A DNA stretch of 63,220 bases, counting the filler. It is 15 parts of 15 records of this genome, joined end to end, with 100 filler letters (N's around TTAATTAATTAA, not from the genome) between each part and the next. Parts side by side here need not be neighbours in the genome. Positions count along the whole stretch, not along the records: positions 31,716 to 34,992 come from SRR15195285_9143; positions 35,093 to 41,364 come from SRR15195285_9160; positions 41,465 to 44,825 come from SRR15195285_9162; 12 more parts are not named here. One strand, written 5' to 3'. The stretch's first letter is position 1. The number at the start of each line of letters is the position of its first letter. Shown piece after piece: positions 33,006 to 43,135 of this stretch. A program made the position numbers and the translations under genes. The notes under the pieces were generated by a model that made no database searches, had not been told where the DNA came from, and worked only from the letters and a program-made list of their open reading frames with translations.

Positions 33006-34715
33006 TCAGATTGTTTTTCCCGGCGGGCCGAGTGCTTTCTTCCCTTCCCCATCACCAACCACTGCCGGCATTGTTGCCGTCTCACTGTTGTTCGGTCCAC
33101 GGCTGTTGTCGTCACCGCTGCTGTCGGCTGGGGTGTTGCTGCCGGCGTCGCCAAGGAGCCAGTTGTCGGAACCATTCATCAGAATGAAAGACACTGCTGT
33201 TAGCACCAAAATGGCGCTGACAATGACGAATGGAAGCGCGCCTGGCACAATAAGTCGTGTGAGCTGCGGCTGCCGTGCCCACTGCCAGCTGTCGCCTGGA
33301 CTTGCCACACTTTCCATGCCCGTAGGTGCAGCCAGAATGGTGCCGTTCGTGAGCTGGTCTTTGGCCTGTCCACTCGCATGTAGCAGCAGTGGCTGCGCCC
33401 CTGCTGGATAGAGCATGTCTTTGGTGGCAGCGTAGAGGCGTGTTCCACAGACCGACCCAACTGAGTTGCCAAGTGCGATCACCGAAGCCAGGATGCCAAA
33501 GCTTCTACCACCTTCCGACGCGGCCCGTGTGGTCGAAGCCAGTGACTTCAAGGAGGGCTCTAGTAGTGCAATAGCGGCGAAAAACGCCACAGCAGCACCA
33601 CCGTGCACCAAGATCTCCATATCCACACCCGTCCCGCTGCCGCTGCTGCTGCCTGCAGCGACAGCAAAGGCAGCGAAGCAGAAGAAGCCTCCCACCGACA
33701 TTGCTAGCGCCGCTGTTCGCACACGTCCGAGTGTGGCCTCGAACGTGGGCAGGCTCGCGACCGAGGCGGTAGAACAAATTGATGAGATCATCAGGAGGTA
33801 CGAAAACTCGGCAGACGACCAGCCAAACCGATCTCTAACAAAAAGCGGCCACAGTGTACTACCGACTGAATGCGCCATCGACTGACTTGCTAGAGCCAGG
33901 CACACCACTGCAAATGGACCGAGCCAGACTTTTGCGAGGTTGCTAGTACTGGCGTCCGCATCAGCATTGCGCTGTTGGCCGTGCTCGGCCTCGCTGCTTG
34001 CCTTGAGCTGCGCGTCCTCAAGCTTGGTCTCGGCGAGCGGCCGTGTAGTACGCACCGCCGCGCCGAAGAACATCAGCTCGAACACACCGAAGAAGCAAAA
34101 GAAGGTGCAGACACCCATGCTGAGTCGGTCCCGAAACAGCGAGGTCTCGTCGTCTTCGCCGGGCCAGATCGTCGTGAGACCACGGTACCAGATTGGATAG
34201 AGTGACGTGCCGACGATCCGTACCGAGGTGACCTGGAAGAGGTAACCACTTACGACCAGAGAGCGGCGCTCAGGGGGGGTATTAGCAGCGATGTACGAGC
34301 ACACAGTTGTCCAGAGGTTTATCCCGCCGAGACCCAGGATTGCTGCGGCTACGTACAGCTGCGTTACATTTGTAGCCAAGCCGCGCACCAAGCAGCCTAC
34401 CGAGCAGAGCACGATCGAAATCATCATCGGCGTAAAGCCTCCGCGGGTGTCCAGAAGCCAGCCGTAGAAGGGTGGCATGAACAGACCTCCAAAGTTCCAG
34501 AACAGCCCGATCATCCCGAGGTCCTCGTCTGTAGCGCCGACTTTCAAGCAAAAGAATGCCGTGACCGGCGCGTGCAGCGCGCCGCCAAACGAGGCGACCC
34601 AGATCACGATCAGCGGGGGGCGGAAGCGCGGATCTCGCCACAGAAACAGGACGAGCTCTTGCTGCGCAGTGGCCGTGTCGCACACAGCAGCGTGCAGCGA
34701 GCGAACCGACTCCAT
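33006..34715 (-). CDS. Major facilitator superfamily transporter
   Basis: About 12 hydrophobic segments in two bundles; motif A-like GWLLDTRGG; PLFVRDRFGW. Confidence 0.85.
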   Translation of the reverse strand: MESVRSLHAAVCDTATAQQELVLFLWRDPRFRPPLIVIWVASFGGALHAPVTAFFCLKVGATDEDLGMIGLFWNFGGLFMPPFYGWLLDTRGGFTPMMISIVLCSVGCLVRGLATNVTQLYVAAAILGLGGINLWTTVCSYIAANTPPERRSLVVSGYLFQVTSVRIVGTSLYPIWYRGLTTIWPGEDDETSLFRDRLSMGVCTFFCFFGVFELMFFGAAVRTTRPLAETKLEDAQLKASSEAEHGQQRNADADASTSNLAKVWLGPFAVVCLALASQSMAHSVGSTLWPLFVRDRFGWSSAEFSYLLMISSICSTASVASLPTFEATLGRVRTAALAMSVGGFFCFAAFAVAAGSSSGSGTGVDMEILVHGGAAVAFFAAIALLEPSLKSLASTTRAASEGGRSFGILASVIALGNSVGSVCGTRLYAATKDMLYPAGAQPLLLHASGQAKDQLTNGTILAAPTGMESVASPGDSWQWARQPQLTRLIVPGALPFVIVSAILVLTAVSFILMNGSDNWLLGDAGSNTPADSSGDDNSRGPNNSETATMPAVVGDGEGKKALGPPGKTI

Positions 34716-35130
34716 TGCGGTAGCCGTACTGCAATCTGTAGCCGGCGAGTATCGAGTGTCGCGAACACGCACCGTGCGCGCCAGCACGTAGCGTGCACAG
34801 ATCACGCGTGCGCCGACACGCGTGTGCACCCTTGCTTCGTTGCTCTCCAGGTGTCTACATATAGATCTATACGCGATTAATGCGCGCGTGCCGGCCGGCG
34901 GCTGGCGGCGCGCGCGCGCGCGTGCATCTCCGACGCGTCCCTATATAATGTCAACGCGAACACGTGCCGAAAACGATCGCCCCGGGTAACTANNNNNNNN
35001 NNNNNNNNNNNNNNNNNNNNNNNNNNNNNNNNNNNNTTAATTAATTAANNNNNNNNNNNNNNNNNNNNNNNNNNNNNNNNNNNNNNNNNNNNGAGATCTC
35101 ATTATATTGCCAAGAGTGCGGGCACCGGCC

Positions 35131-35190
35131 GGTGTGGCCGGGTGCAGAGACTGCGAGCCTGGTGTGGCCGGGTGCAGAGACTGCGAGCCT
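35131..35190 (+). repeat. Perfect 30-bp tandem duplication
   Basis: GGTGTGGCCGGGTGCAGAGACTGCGAGCCT x2, upstream of the S10 gene. Confidence 0.95.
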
Positions 35191-35346
35191 CGCCGAGATC
35201 GATCAGGGCGATGGCAGACCACGCCACGATCGATCACAGCCTCGCGGCTCAACGCCACGACACGACCCCACGCCACAAGATCATCAACAGCATCGATACG
35301 GCACGTCCACTGCCCAACGACATACAGTATACAGCTCGTCGCAGCG

Positions 35347-37752
35347 ATGTTCAGCTACCACGGCGTCGCGTACGCAGCTGCCGCTACCTGCGCTCTGGCA
35401 GTCCTGGCAAACCCAGTGGGTGCAGGCACGCTGGAGAAGCACACCAACGGATTTGGGCCAGAGAACGCAACACAGCACGCTGGATACATCGCGGTGAATC
35501 AGAAGAATGGCAACGACGGCCACCTGTTCTACTGGATGTTCGAGGCCCGCCGCGACCCGTCGACCGCGCCGCTGGTCCTGTGGCTGACCGGCGGCCCTGG
35601 CTGCAGCTCCGAGCTTGCTGTGTTCTACGAGCAGGGGCCATACCGCCTCGATAAGGAAGGCAACGTCAAGATCAACCCGCACTCGTGGACCGAGATCGCG
35701 AATGTCCTATTTGTCGACCAGCCCGTCGGTACTGGCTTCAGCTTCGCGGACAATTCCGACGCCTATGTCAAGACCGAGGACGGTGTCGCTACGGACATGT
35801 GGGAGTTTCTGCAGACGTTCATGGTGGAGTTCCCGCAATACGCCCAGCTCGACTTTTACGTCACCGGTGAATCCTATGCTGGGCATTATGTGCCCGCCAT
35901 CTCGTCGCGGATCGTTGCCAATAACAAGAAGCTCCGTGCTGGGGAGCACACAATCCACCTGCAAGGAATCGCGATCGGCAACGGGCTCGTCGACCCAGAA
36001 ACGCAATACGGCCAGTATGTTCCGTATGCACTGGACAAGGGTTTGATCACGCGCAAGCAGGCCACCTCGCTCAACCGCACTGCGCACGCCTGCCAGAGGT
36101 CCATCCTGGCAGGGCACAAAGGCACCGTCACGCTTATGGAGTGCAACTCGATGCTGGAGCGGATCATGCTAGACGGCGGTGGCTTCAACACCTACGACGT
36201 GCGTATCAAGTGTGCCAAGCCGCCCCTCTGCTACGACTTCGCTCCGCTCGACACTCTGATGGCTCGTGACGATGTCCGCAAAGCGCTGGGTGTCTCACCC
36301 AAGGCCAACTGGCAGTCCTGCAACATGAAGGTGCACGAAAAGCTCATGTCTGATTGGTTTACCAACATGGAAACTGTCATACCGGCGATGCTCGAGGACG
36401 ATGTGCGCGTACTGGTCTACTCTGGGCAAGAGGACTTCATCTGCAACTGGTTCGGCGGCCGTGCCTGGGTCGACAAGATGCAATGGTCTGGAGCTGCACA
36501 GTACCACGCGCAGAAGTGGTCGGAATGGAAAGTTAGCACCATGAATGCTGGCACCTTCAAGGAGCATGGGCCGCTCACTTTCCTCGGCGTTGCCAACGCA
36601 GGGCACATGGTCCCGATGGACCAAGGCGAGAATGCACTCGCAATGCTCCATACCTTTGTCAACGGGAAGTCCTTCAACTGTGACGCTGGCTCCCGCCGTG
36701 ACATGGTTGGCTGCGACTCAGACGCAACATCGTCGGACGTTGTCGTTGCGAACGCCACCATCATTCCCATGCCCAAGGACGGCCATGGCGACTATTGCTT
36801 TGCCTGCTCGCAAATTGTCAACTATGCTTTGCAAAAGGGCTGTGATGCCATCCTCTGTGACGTCGTTGCTGGCAACTTCGGTCCCAGAGCGTCGACATAT
36901 TGCAAGAAGCTCGAGCGTACCGCAGGTATGTTTGGCCACAGTCTGTGTGATTACATCAACAAGAACGCACACCTGCAGGACAACGCCGAGGCAATCTGCA
37001 ACGACCTAAATTGTGAGGGCGATGGACCAACCACATCCATCAACCAAATTGAGCTCGATGATCAGTCGCATGCTGCTGGTAGTGTGTCTTGCGATGCCTG
37101 CACTACAATCATTGACGGTGCGATTGGAGAAGGCTGCGACGAGTTTGCGTGCGCAGCGTTTGGGCCGTATGCCCCAGCGTGTGCAGCACTAGAAGCCGTT
37201 CTTGGCCTCTTCGGCGACTCGTTCTGTGACTGGGTCCAGCGGAAGGCGGGCACAGGTGAGGATGTGCAAGAGATCTGTACCGATCTCGGTGCATGTTCGT
37301 CGACCTTCGACTCGATGCTGGGCGAGAGTGCAGTGGGGGAGGGGTCTGACACCATCGTCGTCGCAAACAAGAACGCAACGCTTGCTTTCGGATCCGCTTG
37401 TGACTCTTTCTACGAGCTGAGAGGTGGCTTCCGTGAGCGATTTCGAGGTCGCTACGAGCAGTACGGGCCAGCCTCTACTAGCTGCAACGGCAAGCCTGTC
37501 TACAAGAATGCTGATGGATCTACAGACTACTATCTTTTCGCATCAGACTCGGGGAACTGGATGGTGGGGCTAGAGGACCGTATGCACAACTGCCAAGCGA
37601 CAGGCTTCATTCATTCCGCTGGAAGCTGCACCTGTCCAAACAGTGCTGGCTGCAAAGGAAACTGGGTCCAAAATACCGGGCAGAACAGCGCTGAGGGGCA
37701 CACTTGCAGCGCAAATACTTGGTGCCCGGATTGCGGGCTCTGGTGGCATTAG
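35347..37752 (+). CDS. Serine carboxypeptidase (S10) with signal peptide, two saposin-like domains and a Cys-rich tail
   Basis: WLTGGPGCSS, DQPVGTGFS, GESYAGHY, DFICN and AGHMVP. CxxC...ICxDLxxC-like modules at about 36793-37014 and 37087-37296. Confidence 0.92.
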   Translation: MFSYHGVAYAAAATCALAVLANPVGAGTLEKHTNGFGPENATQHAGYIAVNQKNGNDGHLFYWMFEARRDPSTAPLVLWLTGGPGCSSELAVFYEQGPYRLDKEGNVKINPHSWTEIANVLFVDQPVGTGFSFADNSDAYVKTEDGVATDMWEFLQTFMVEFPQYAQLDFYVTGESYAGHYVPAISSRIVANNKKLRAGEHTIHLQGIAIGNGLVDPETQYGQYVPYALDKGLITRKQATSLNRTAHACQRSILAGHKGTVTLMECNSMLERIMLDGGGFNTYDVRIKCAKPPLCYDFAPLDTLMARDDVRKALGVSPKANWQSCNMKVHEKLMSDWFTNMETVIPAMLEDDVRVLVYSGQEDFICNWFGGRAWVDKMQWSGAAQYHAQKWSEWKVSTMNAGTFKEHGPLTFLGVANAGHMVPMDQGENALAMLHTFVNGKSFNCDAGSRRDMVGCDSDATSSDVVVANATIIPMPKDGHGDYCFACSQIVNYALQKGCDAILCDVVAGNFGPRASTYCKKLERTAGMFGHSLCDYINKNAHLQDNAEAICNDLNCEGDGPTTSINQIELDDQSHAAGSVSCDACTTIIDGAIGEGCDEFACAAFGPYAPACAALEAVLGLFGDSFCDWVQRKAGTGEDVQEICTDLGACSSTFDSMLGESAVGEGSDTIVVANKNATLAFGSACDSFYELRGGFRERFRGRYEQYGPASTSCNGKPVYKNADGSTDYYLFASDSGNWMVGLEDRMHNCQATGFIHSAGSCTCPNSAGCKGNWVQNTGQNSAEGHTCSANTWCPDCGLWWH

Positions 37753-38200
37753 TTCGCGAGAGGAGGGTTTGAGGGGTTGGGTGTACGGAAATGCAATGGA
37801 TTCGCTGTTTACCCCACACGGCTTCCTGTGCGTGCCCAACTCACATCTCTGCGTCTTAGCTGCCAAGACCCTGTCGCCACTGTGCCTATTAGGTAGTTTC
37901 AGTAGCTTGCTGTTGGTGCACCGCAGCGCGTGATCCGCATTCCCTGCTCGCCGGTGGCCACAGCGCTCGTAAAAGCCAGAACATAGAATACTTGGCACAT
38001 TGCAGTACAATGGCACAAACTTCTTTCTTATGCGAGAAGCGGTTAAACGCAACCCAAACATCTTGTGTGACGGATGGCTGGTTCACCACTTGCATTTGGG
38101 GCTGCATCGTTGGCACCAAGCTCTACCTTCAAAATTTGAAGATGCTGTAGTGTCCTGTCAAATGGAAACCGATCACAAAGTAGACCATTCTAATTTAAGT

Positions 38201-38249
38201 TTCGGTCGCTCGTAGAAACATGACTTAGAATAGTCTACGAGCGACCGAA
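38201..38249. repeat. Perfect 16-bp inverted repeat with 17-nt loop, between convergent genes
   Basis: TTCGGTCGCTCGTAGA / TCTACGAGCGACCGAA, with extra flanking GACCATTC/GAATGGTC arms. Confidence 0.85.
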
Positions 38250-38853
38250 TGGTCGTACGACGAATTCTTTGCACAGACGAGTGCGAAGGCTGGGAGCCAC
38301 AGCCGGCGCCGCTGATCTTGCCGATAAAGTATTCGGTGACGTTGGTGGTTTAATCATGCAGTGACTCATCACGCCACCAGGTAGCCACGACAACACACTC
38401 TATATCGACGGGCAATTGCACGGCTACAATCCGGGTGCGCTGCAGGAGTTGGTGATTATCTGCATCTACGAGGAGCTCGTGATACAAGAGTTTGCGCCAC
38501 CCCAGGAATTACCGATTAGCACAACGCGTGTCCACGTGATTTAAATGAACACAATCGTCACGTAGTACGTTTTAGATGCATTTACGCACACAACACTCGC
38601 ACACAATACCTTAATTTTGAGGTAGTTCCGCAAAACGTGGCAGCCATGTAGGACTGGAGGTTTGTGGAACTGAGTTTGCGGTCTCTGGAACCGGCGGCTG
38701 TGGACGGAGAAGGCACTAGCACCACGCAACAGCAACGCACGTGCGATGCATTCACGCCAGGTACCGCTCACTGAGTGACAAGAGCTACATTGTGACATGT
38801 TCGATGGCAACAGAGCCTGTTGCAGGCATACCATATCGTGTACGTTCTAGCTC

Positions 38854-41079
38854 TCAGCAGTCGGGTGGCACGTACTCGTATACCAAGCGAATTTCCTCTT
38901 CACTCAGCGCGCGGTTGTACATGCGGTACTCGTCCAACGTGCCGTCCGTCTTCCAGCCATACAGAGTGCCGATCGTAAATGCCTCGTCGTTGTCGACGGA
39001 GCCCGTCACGTCACTGATATCGAGGCTGTGCTGTTGCCTGACGCCGTTAATGTGCACGAAGACACGGTGCTCCAGCGTCCGGTCAAAGACAAATGCGTAG
39101 TGCGCCCATTGGCCCTGCAGATCAGCCGGCTTCGAGCCAACATCGTAACGAATTCCGGCCCGATTCTTGTGGTCGCCTGAGTCTCGGATGCATATGTTGG
39201 ATCCCTCGGCATCAAAACCGTGTCCGATCTCCCAGCCCGGGTTCCAGCCTTCTCGCGCTACACCAGATGGATGCTCACTTGCTTGGTGGTAATAGCAGCC
39301 GTGCCCATTCTTCGCAACGAACGAGGTATCTGGGTAGGTGTAGTCGAGAAAACTTGCCCAACCCATCACGCTAAATGACCCCATGCCAAACTCCAGAGAT
39401 GGCGCAGAGGCTACGCTGATGCCTTGTGGTCCGTCAGTCGTGAAGCTCAGCCCCCTGCAGAATTGACCGGCATCGACTGCTCCGGATGACTGGCAGTGGT
39501 TGCCGAATAGCGAGGAGTCCGTCACAGCGCCACCCGATGTCTCAGAATCCATGTGGAGATGAACAACAAGCCCATCGTCGAGGCTTGGGATAGGTGGCGT
39601 ACAACTGACGAGCTCGATCTCCTGGATCACCGACTCGCCCCACACAGCAAACGCTACAAACTCCGCTTCTCCGTCAACGTGGAAGACGGAACCTGGCGAC
39701 GTGGAGCCAGTCTCTTGAGGGCATACTATTTCGGCGTTCTGGAAAGCGCCAGCACCGCTGCCCCCCCTGCAACTCCAAGTAGTTCCGCCAACGCCGTAGC
39801 CCACGCGCACGCCTGCCATGTCCCCACTAGCATAGACTGCAAAATCGCTAGTCGCGCACCGCTGTGTAAGCCGAACACCGACGACCAAGTCAGCTCCACG
39901 GACGCTGGCGCCCTCTCTGTCGCCGTCAGTGAGCTCGTCAGACGGCTGGGCGGTGGAGAAGTCCCAGGAGAGCATTGCAGAGGCGCCACCTTCAGTGGAC
40001 CTTGCATACTCAATCGCCGCTGGCTCCAAGGAATCGCCAGTTTCACACTGTGCGTTTTTGATGGCATTCAAGAAGAACAATGGATCTGCAGTGTCCAAAC
40101 ACGACTGTTCGAATGCCATGATGCGCTCGTAGTCCTGATCAACGACGAGAAGCGTCGATCCACACGATACGGTAAACTGATGCAGAGCCACAGCGCAACC
40201 AGGCGAGCATGTGTCTGGCACCAAGCTACCTTCTGGGCAAGCACCACCTGAGCAGCAAATCGAGTGGACGTCCTGGGCAATATCGTCGAGCGAATCCCAT
40301 TCACAGTGCTCCACGCTAGATGAGAGGCGGTCCGTCAAGAAGTCTTGCAGGCGTCGATGGCGCCCACCACTACCGGTGCCTGTAAGGTCTAAGATGCAAC
40401 CGCGGCTGGCCAGTTCGAGGGCATACTCGACCAGAGCTAGCCCGTCACTAGTCAGACACTGCTGCTCGAAGGCCTCGAAGTCGGCGACAACAATGGTCGC
40501 GTCGGTCACCTCGCGCTCGGCGACGTGCTCGCGGCACGTCTCGAGGAACTCGGGAAAGACGATGGCGCAACCGACTGGGCAGACGTTCGGAACATCCGAA
40601 CCTTCCCGACAGTTGGTGCCTTCCTCGTCGCAACACGCTTGGTGGACCTCTGTGAGGTAGCAGTCGTATGTGTGTTCGTTGCAGAAGGTACCGCACGACC
40701 CGGGTGGGTAAAGCTCCTCGAGGCAGTCGTCGTAAAACAACCCCATCTCGTCCATCCCGCCCATGTGCGCTTCCACGAGCATCGCACCACATTGATCCCA
40801 GAAGGGCTCAAAAACCCTGCCACACTGCGGGTTGCACTGGTCCAGCGAGTTCGGCATCCATCCCGGCGGACACGCCCCTCCCGCGCATCCGCTCCGGCAT
40901 GCCTCGTTCGTCGTGATCCCCTGCAGCTTGCCGAAGACATCGGCGATCGTACACAGCTCCGTCGTGACCGCCTTGGGGGGCGCACCGCCGATCTGCGCGG
41001 CGGCCTGTGCGCTAGCCCCACTGAGAAGGAATGGCAGCACGCACGCGATGGCGGCCGCAGCGATCCTCATGCTCATCAT
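38854..41079 (-). CDS. Secreted protein with three Cys-rich repeats and a C-terminal LamG/concanavalin A-like domain
   Basis: Signal peptide; repeats of C...P..C...C...F...C; RRLQ; LamG motifs FSVMGW, QWAHYAFVFD, VHINGV and GTLDEYRMYNRALSEEEI. Confidence 0.8.
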   Translation of the reverse strand: MMSMRIAAAAIACVLPFLLSGASAQAAAQIGGAPPKAVTTELCTIADVFGKLQGITTNEACRSGCAGGACPPGWMPNSLDQCNPQCGRVFEPFWDQCGAMLVEAHMGGMDEMGLFYDDCLEELYPPGSCGTFCNEHTYDCYLTEVHQACCDEEGTNCREGSDVPNVCPVGCAIVFPEFLETCREHVAEREVTDATIVVADFEAFEQQCLTSDGLALVEYALELASRGCILDLTGTGSGGRHRRLQDFLTDRLSSSVEHCEWDSLDDIAQDVHSICCSGGACPEGSLVPDTCSPGCAVALHQFTVSCGSTLLVVDQDYERIMAFEQSCLDTADPLFFLNAIKNAQCETGDSLEPAAIEYARSTEGGASAMLSWDFSTAQPSDELTDGDREGASVRGADLVVGVRLTQRCATSDFAVYASGDMAGVRVGYGVGGTTWSCRGGSGAGAFQNAEIVCPQETGSTSPGSVFHVDGEAEFVAFAVWGESVIQEIELVSCTPPIPSLDDGLVVHLHMDSETSGGAVTDSSLFGNHCQSSGAVDAGQFCRGLSFTTDGPQGISVASAPSLEFGMGSFSVMGWASFLDYTYPDTSFVAKNGHGCYYHQASEHPSGVAREGWNPGWEIGHGFDAEGSNICIRDSGDHKNRAGIRYDVGSKPADLQGQWAHYAFVFDRTLEHRVFVHINGVRQQHSLDISDVTGSVDNDEAFTIGTLYGWKTDGTLDEYRMYNRALSEEEIRLVYEYVPPDC

Positions 41080-41343
41080 CTCGTGGCGCTCGCCGCCGCG
41101 GGCCTGCTCCCGCGCAGGCCGCCGCCGCCGGGGCGGGTGAGCACCGGCGCCGCTGCTCACTACTATGCGAATAGGATACATATGATGAGCTCTGCGCGCG
41201 CGCGCGCGCCGGCGCCGCCGCCGCACCGGCGCAGCGGCGCGTGGCACGATACGATGCCGCCCAGCATCGCTGAGCATGGCCATGCATCCTTGCATGTGTT
41301 ATAATAACATTAGCTATGCAATGCATGCCAGGCTGGCTGGGTC

Positions 41344-41364
41344 AGAATTCAATCCTCAGCAGAG
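41344..41364 (+). repeat. Dispersed 21-bp repeat AGAATTCAATCCTCAGCAGAG (second copy 58651-58671)
   Basis: Exact match on two contigs, both upstream of minus-strand genes; one copy is at a contig end. Confidence 0.8.
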
Positions 41365-41589
41365 NNNNNNNNNNNNNNNNNNNNNNNNNNNNNNNNNNNN
41401 NNNNNNNNTTAATTAATTAANNNNNNNNNNNNNNNNNNNNNNNNNNNNNNNNNNNNNNNNNNNNCAGTCTCATCGACACCGCTGGCACGCATTGTGGGTC
41501 TGTGCGAAGCTGCGTATGTGCCGGCGCGCGCGGTGCGTCCGTCGCCTGTGTCCGTCCGTCGCGTACGCACTACTAGTACTGGTGGTAGT

Positions 41590-42915
41590 ATGGTCAAGCA
41601 GGCCGATTTCGAGGCGGAGCTGGAGATTGAGCCTGAGAAGCTCCATGCTTTCGTGCAGAAACTCTTCGAGGGCGCGGGCACGGAACCGCAGCAGGCGAGC
41701 CTCGTCGCTGGGCTGCTCGTCGACAACGACCTGCATGGCGCGTCGAGCCACGGCACCAACCTGCCACATGCCTGGGGTTACCTGAAGATGATGCGGGAGG
41801 GTAGCATCAACCCCAATCCCGTCCCAAAGCTCATCGCTGACGAGGGCTCCTGCCGCGTCTACGATGGGGACGGCGGTATCGGTCATCCCGTGTGCTACGA
41901 GGCCATGACATGGTGCATAAAGAAGGCCAAGGAGGTGGGGGTTGCCGTCGCCACTACCCGCAACCACCACCACTTTGGGGCTGCAGTGCAGTGGGGCCGT
42001 ATGGCGCTGGAGGCGGACTGTATCGGCATTGCTGTATCCTCCCACCGCTACGACCTCGACCCGAATCGTTCCGTCTCCAGTGTCAACGGCACGAGTCCCA
42101 TCTCGATCGTGCGAGGCTGCATTGCACAGTCTGCTCGCCACTCAATCTCACGCAGCAACTCATGACTGCTGTCGCTGCTGTGTCGTGCAGGCCGTGCCCG
42201 GTGGTGAAGAGGCACCTCTCGCCCTTGATATGGGTGCATCGTTCGGACTTCCCAACGAAGAGGACTACTTTGACCTGATGCCCTCTGCATATTTCAAGAA
42301 CATCGCCATGGGCGCAATCAACTACGCACTCGGAGGTGTGGTCTCCGGAATTTACCGTCCAGAGGTCGTCAACTCCAAATGGGAGTCGAACCAGGTGTGT
42401 ATCGTCTATCCGCCAATTCAGAGTTGCCAGCCAACTGTTCGGACTGATTTCTGACTGCCTACCTGGCATGCAGGGTTCATTCATGGTCGCAATCGACGCT
42501 GGTCGCCTGCAGCCACTGGCAGATCTGAAGGCAGAGATGGATCGCATGGTCCATGATGGTGAAAAGATGCAGCCGCTACCAGGCATGGACAGGTGAGGGA
42601 GAGTTTAACCGCGATACTTCACCTATACACTCATGCCGGCTTGCGTGTGCACGCATAATTGTGACGCCTGTAGTTATAGAGAGAGTTGCCTGTGAGAGAT
42701 CTGATTCCATGGCTCCTGATTGACGCAGGGCTCACCTGCCCGGTGGGCGGGAGAAGCAGGCATATCGTGAGTATACTGCCAATGGTAAGATTCCCATCGG
42801 TCTGGCTCAGGTACTAGGAATGCAGGAGGAAGCGGACGAAATGAATATCCCTCTACCGTGGGATCGGGTAGCGACGCCAGCCAAGTTGCAACGTTTATTG
42901 ACTGCATCAAAGTGA
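41590..42915 (+). CDS. Ldh_2-family (type 2 malate/L-lactate dehydrogenase-like) oxidoreductase; exons 41590-42108, 42191-42394, 42474-42592, 42729-42915
   Basis: DLHGASSHG, DGDGGIG, RNHHHFGA, GTSPI, PLALDM, GSFMVAID and LPGGRE. Three GT-AG introns keep the frame. Confidence 0.88.
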
Positions 42916-43135
42916 TTTTGTTGAACGCATGGCACCCTCTCTGCGAGACTACTGATCTTCGTAAAGTTGCGCAGGCAGGTCCATAGACAGCAGGAAGCGT
43001 CCTCACCCTAGCACTTCAGGACCCGCTCGGCCCCGAGTATCACATGGAGGAACAGAATAATCCGCAGCTAAATGGGTGATGTGATCCATAGCCAATAGCC
43101 GTGCTGCCTCGTCTGCCGCAGCCACGTTCTCAGCC

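Noticed and set aside
34903-34922. (GC)n runs upstream of genes (also about 41194-41209) as Z-DNA regulatory sites
   Set aside because: Short simple repeats in GC-rich DNA, only two cases and no further support.
35131-35190. 30-bp direct repeat as a CRISPR array
   Set aside because: Two adjacent copies with no spacer, no cas genes and a eukaryotic context.
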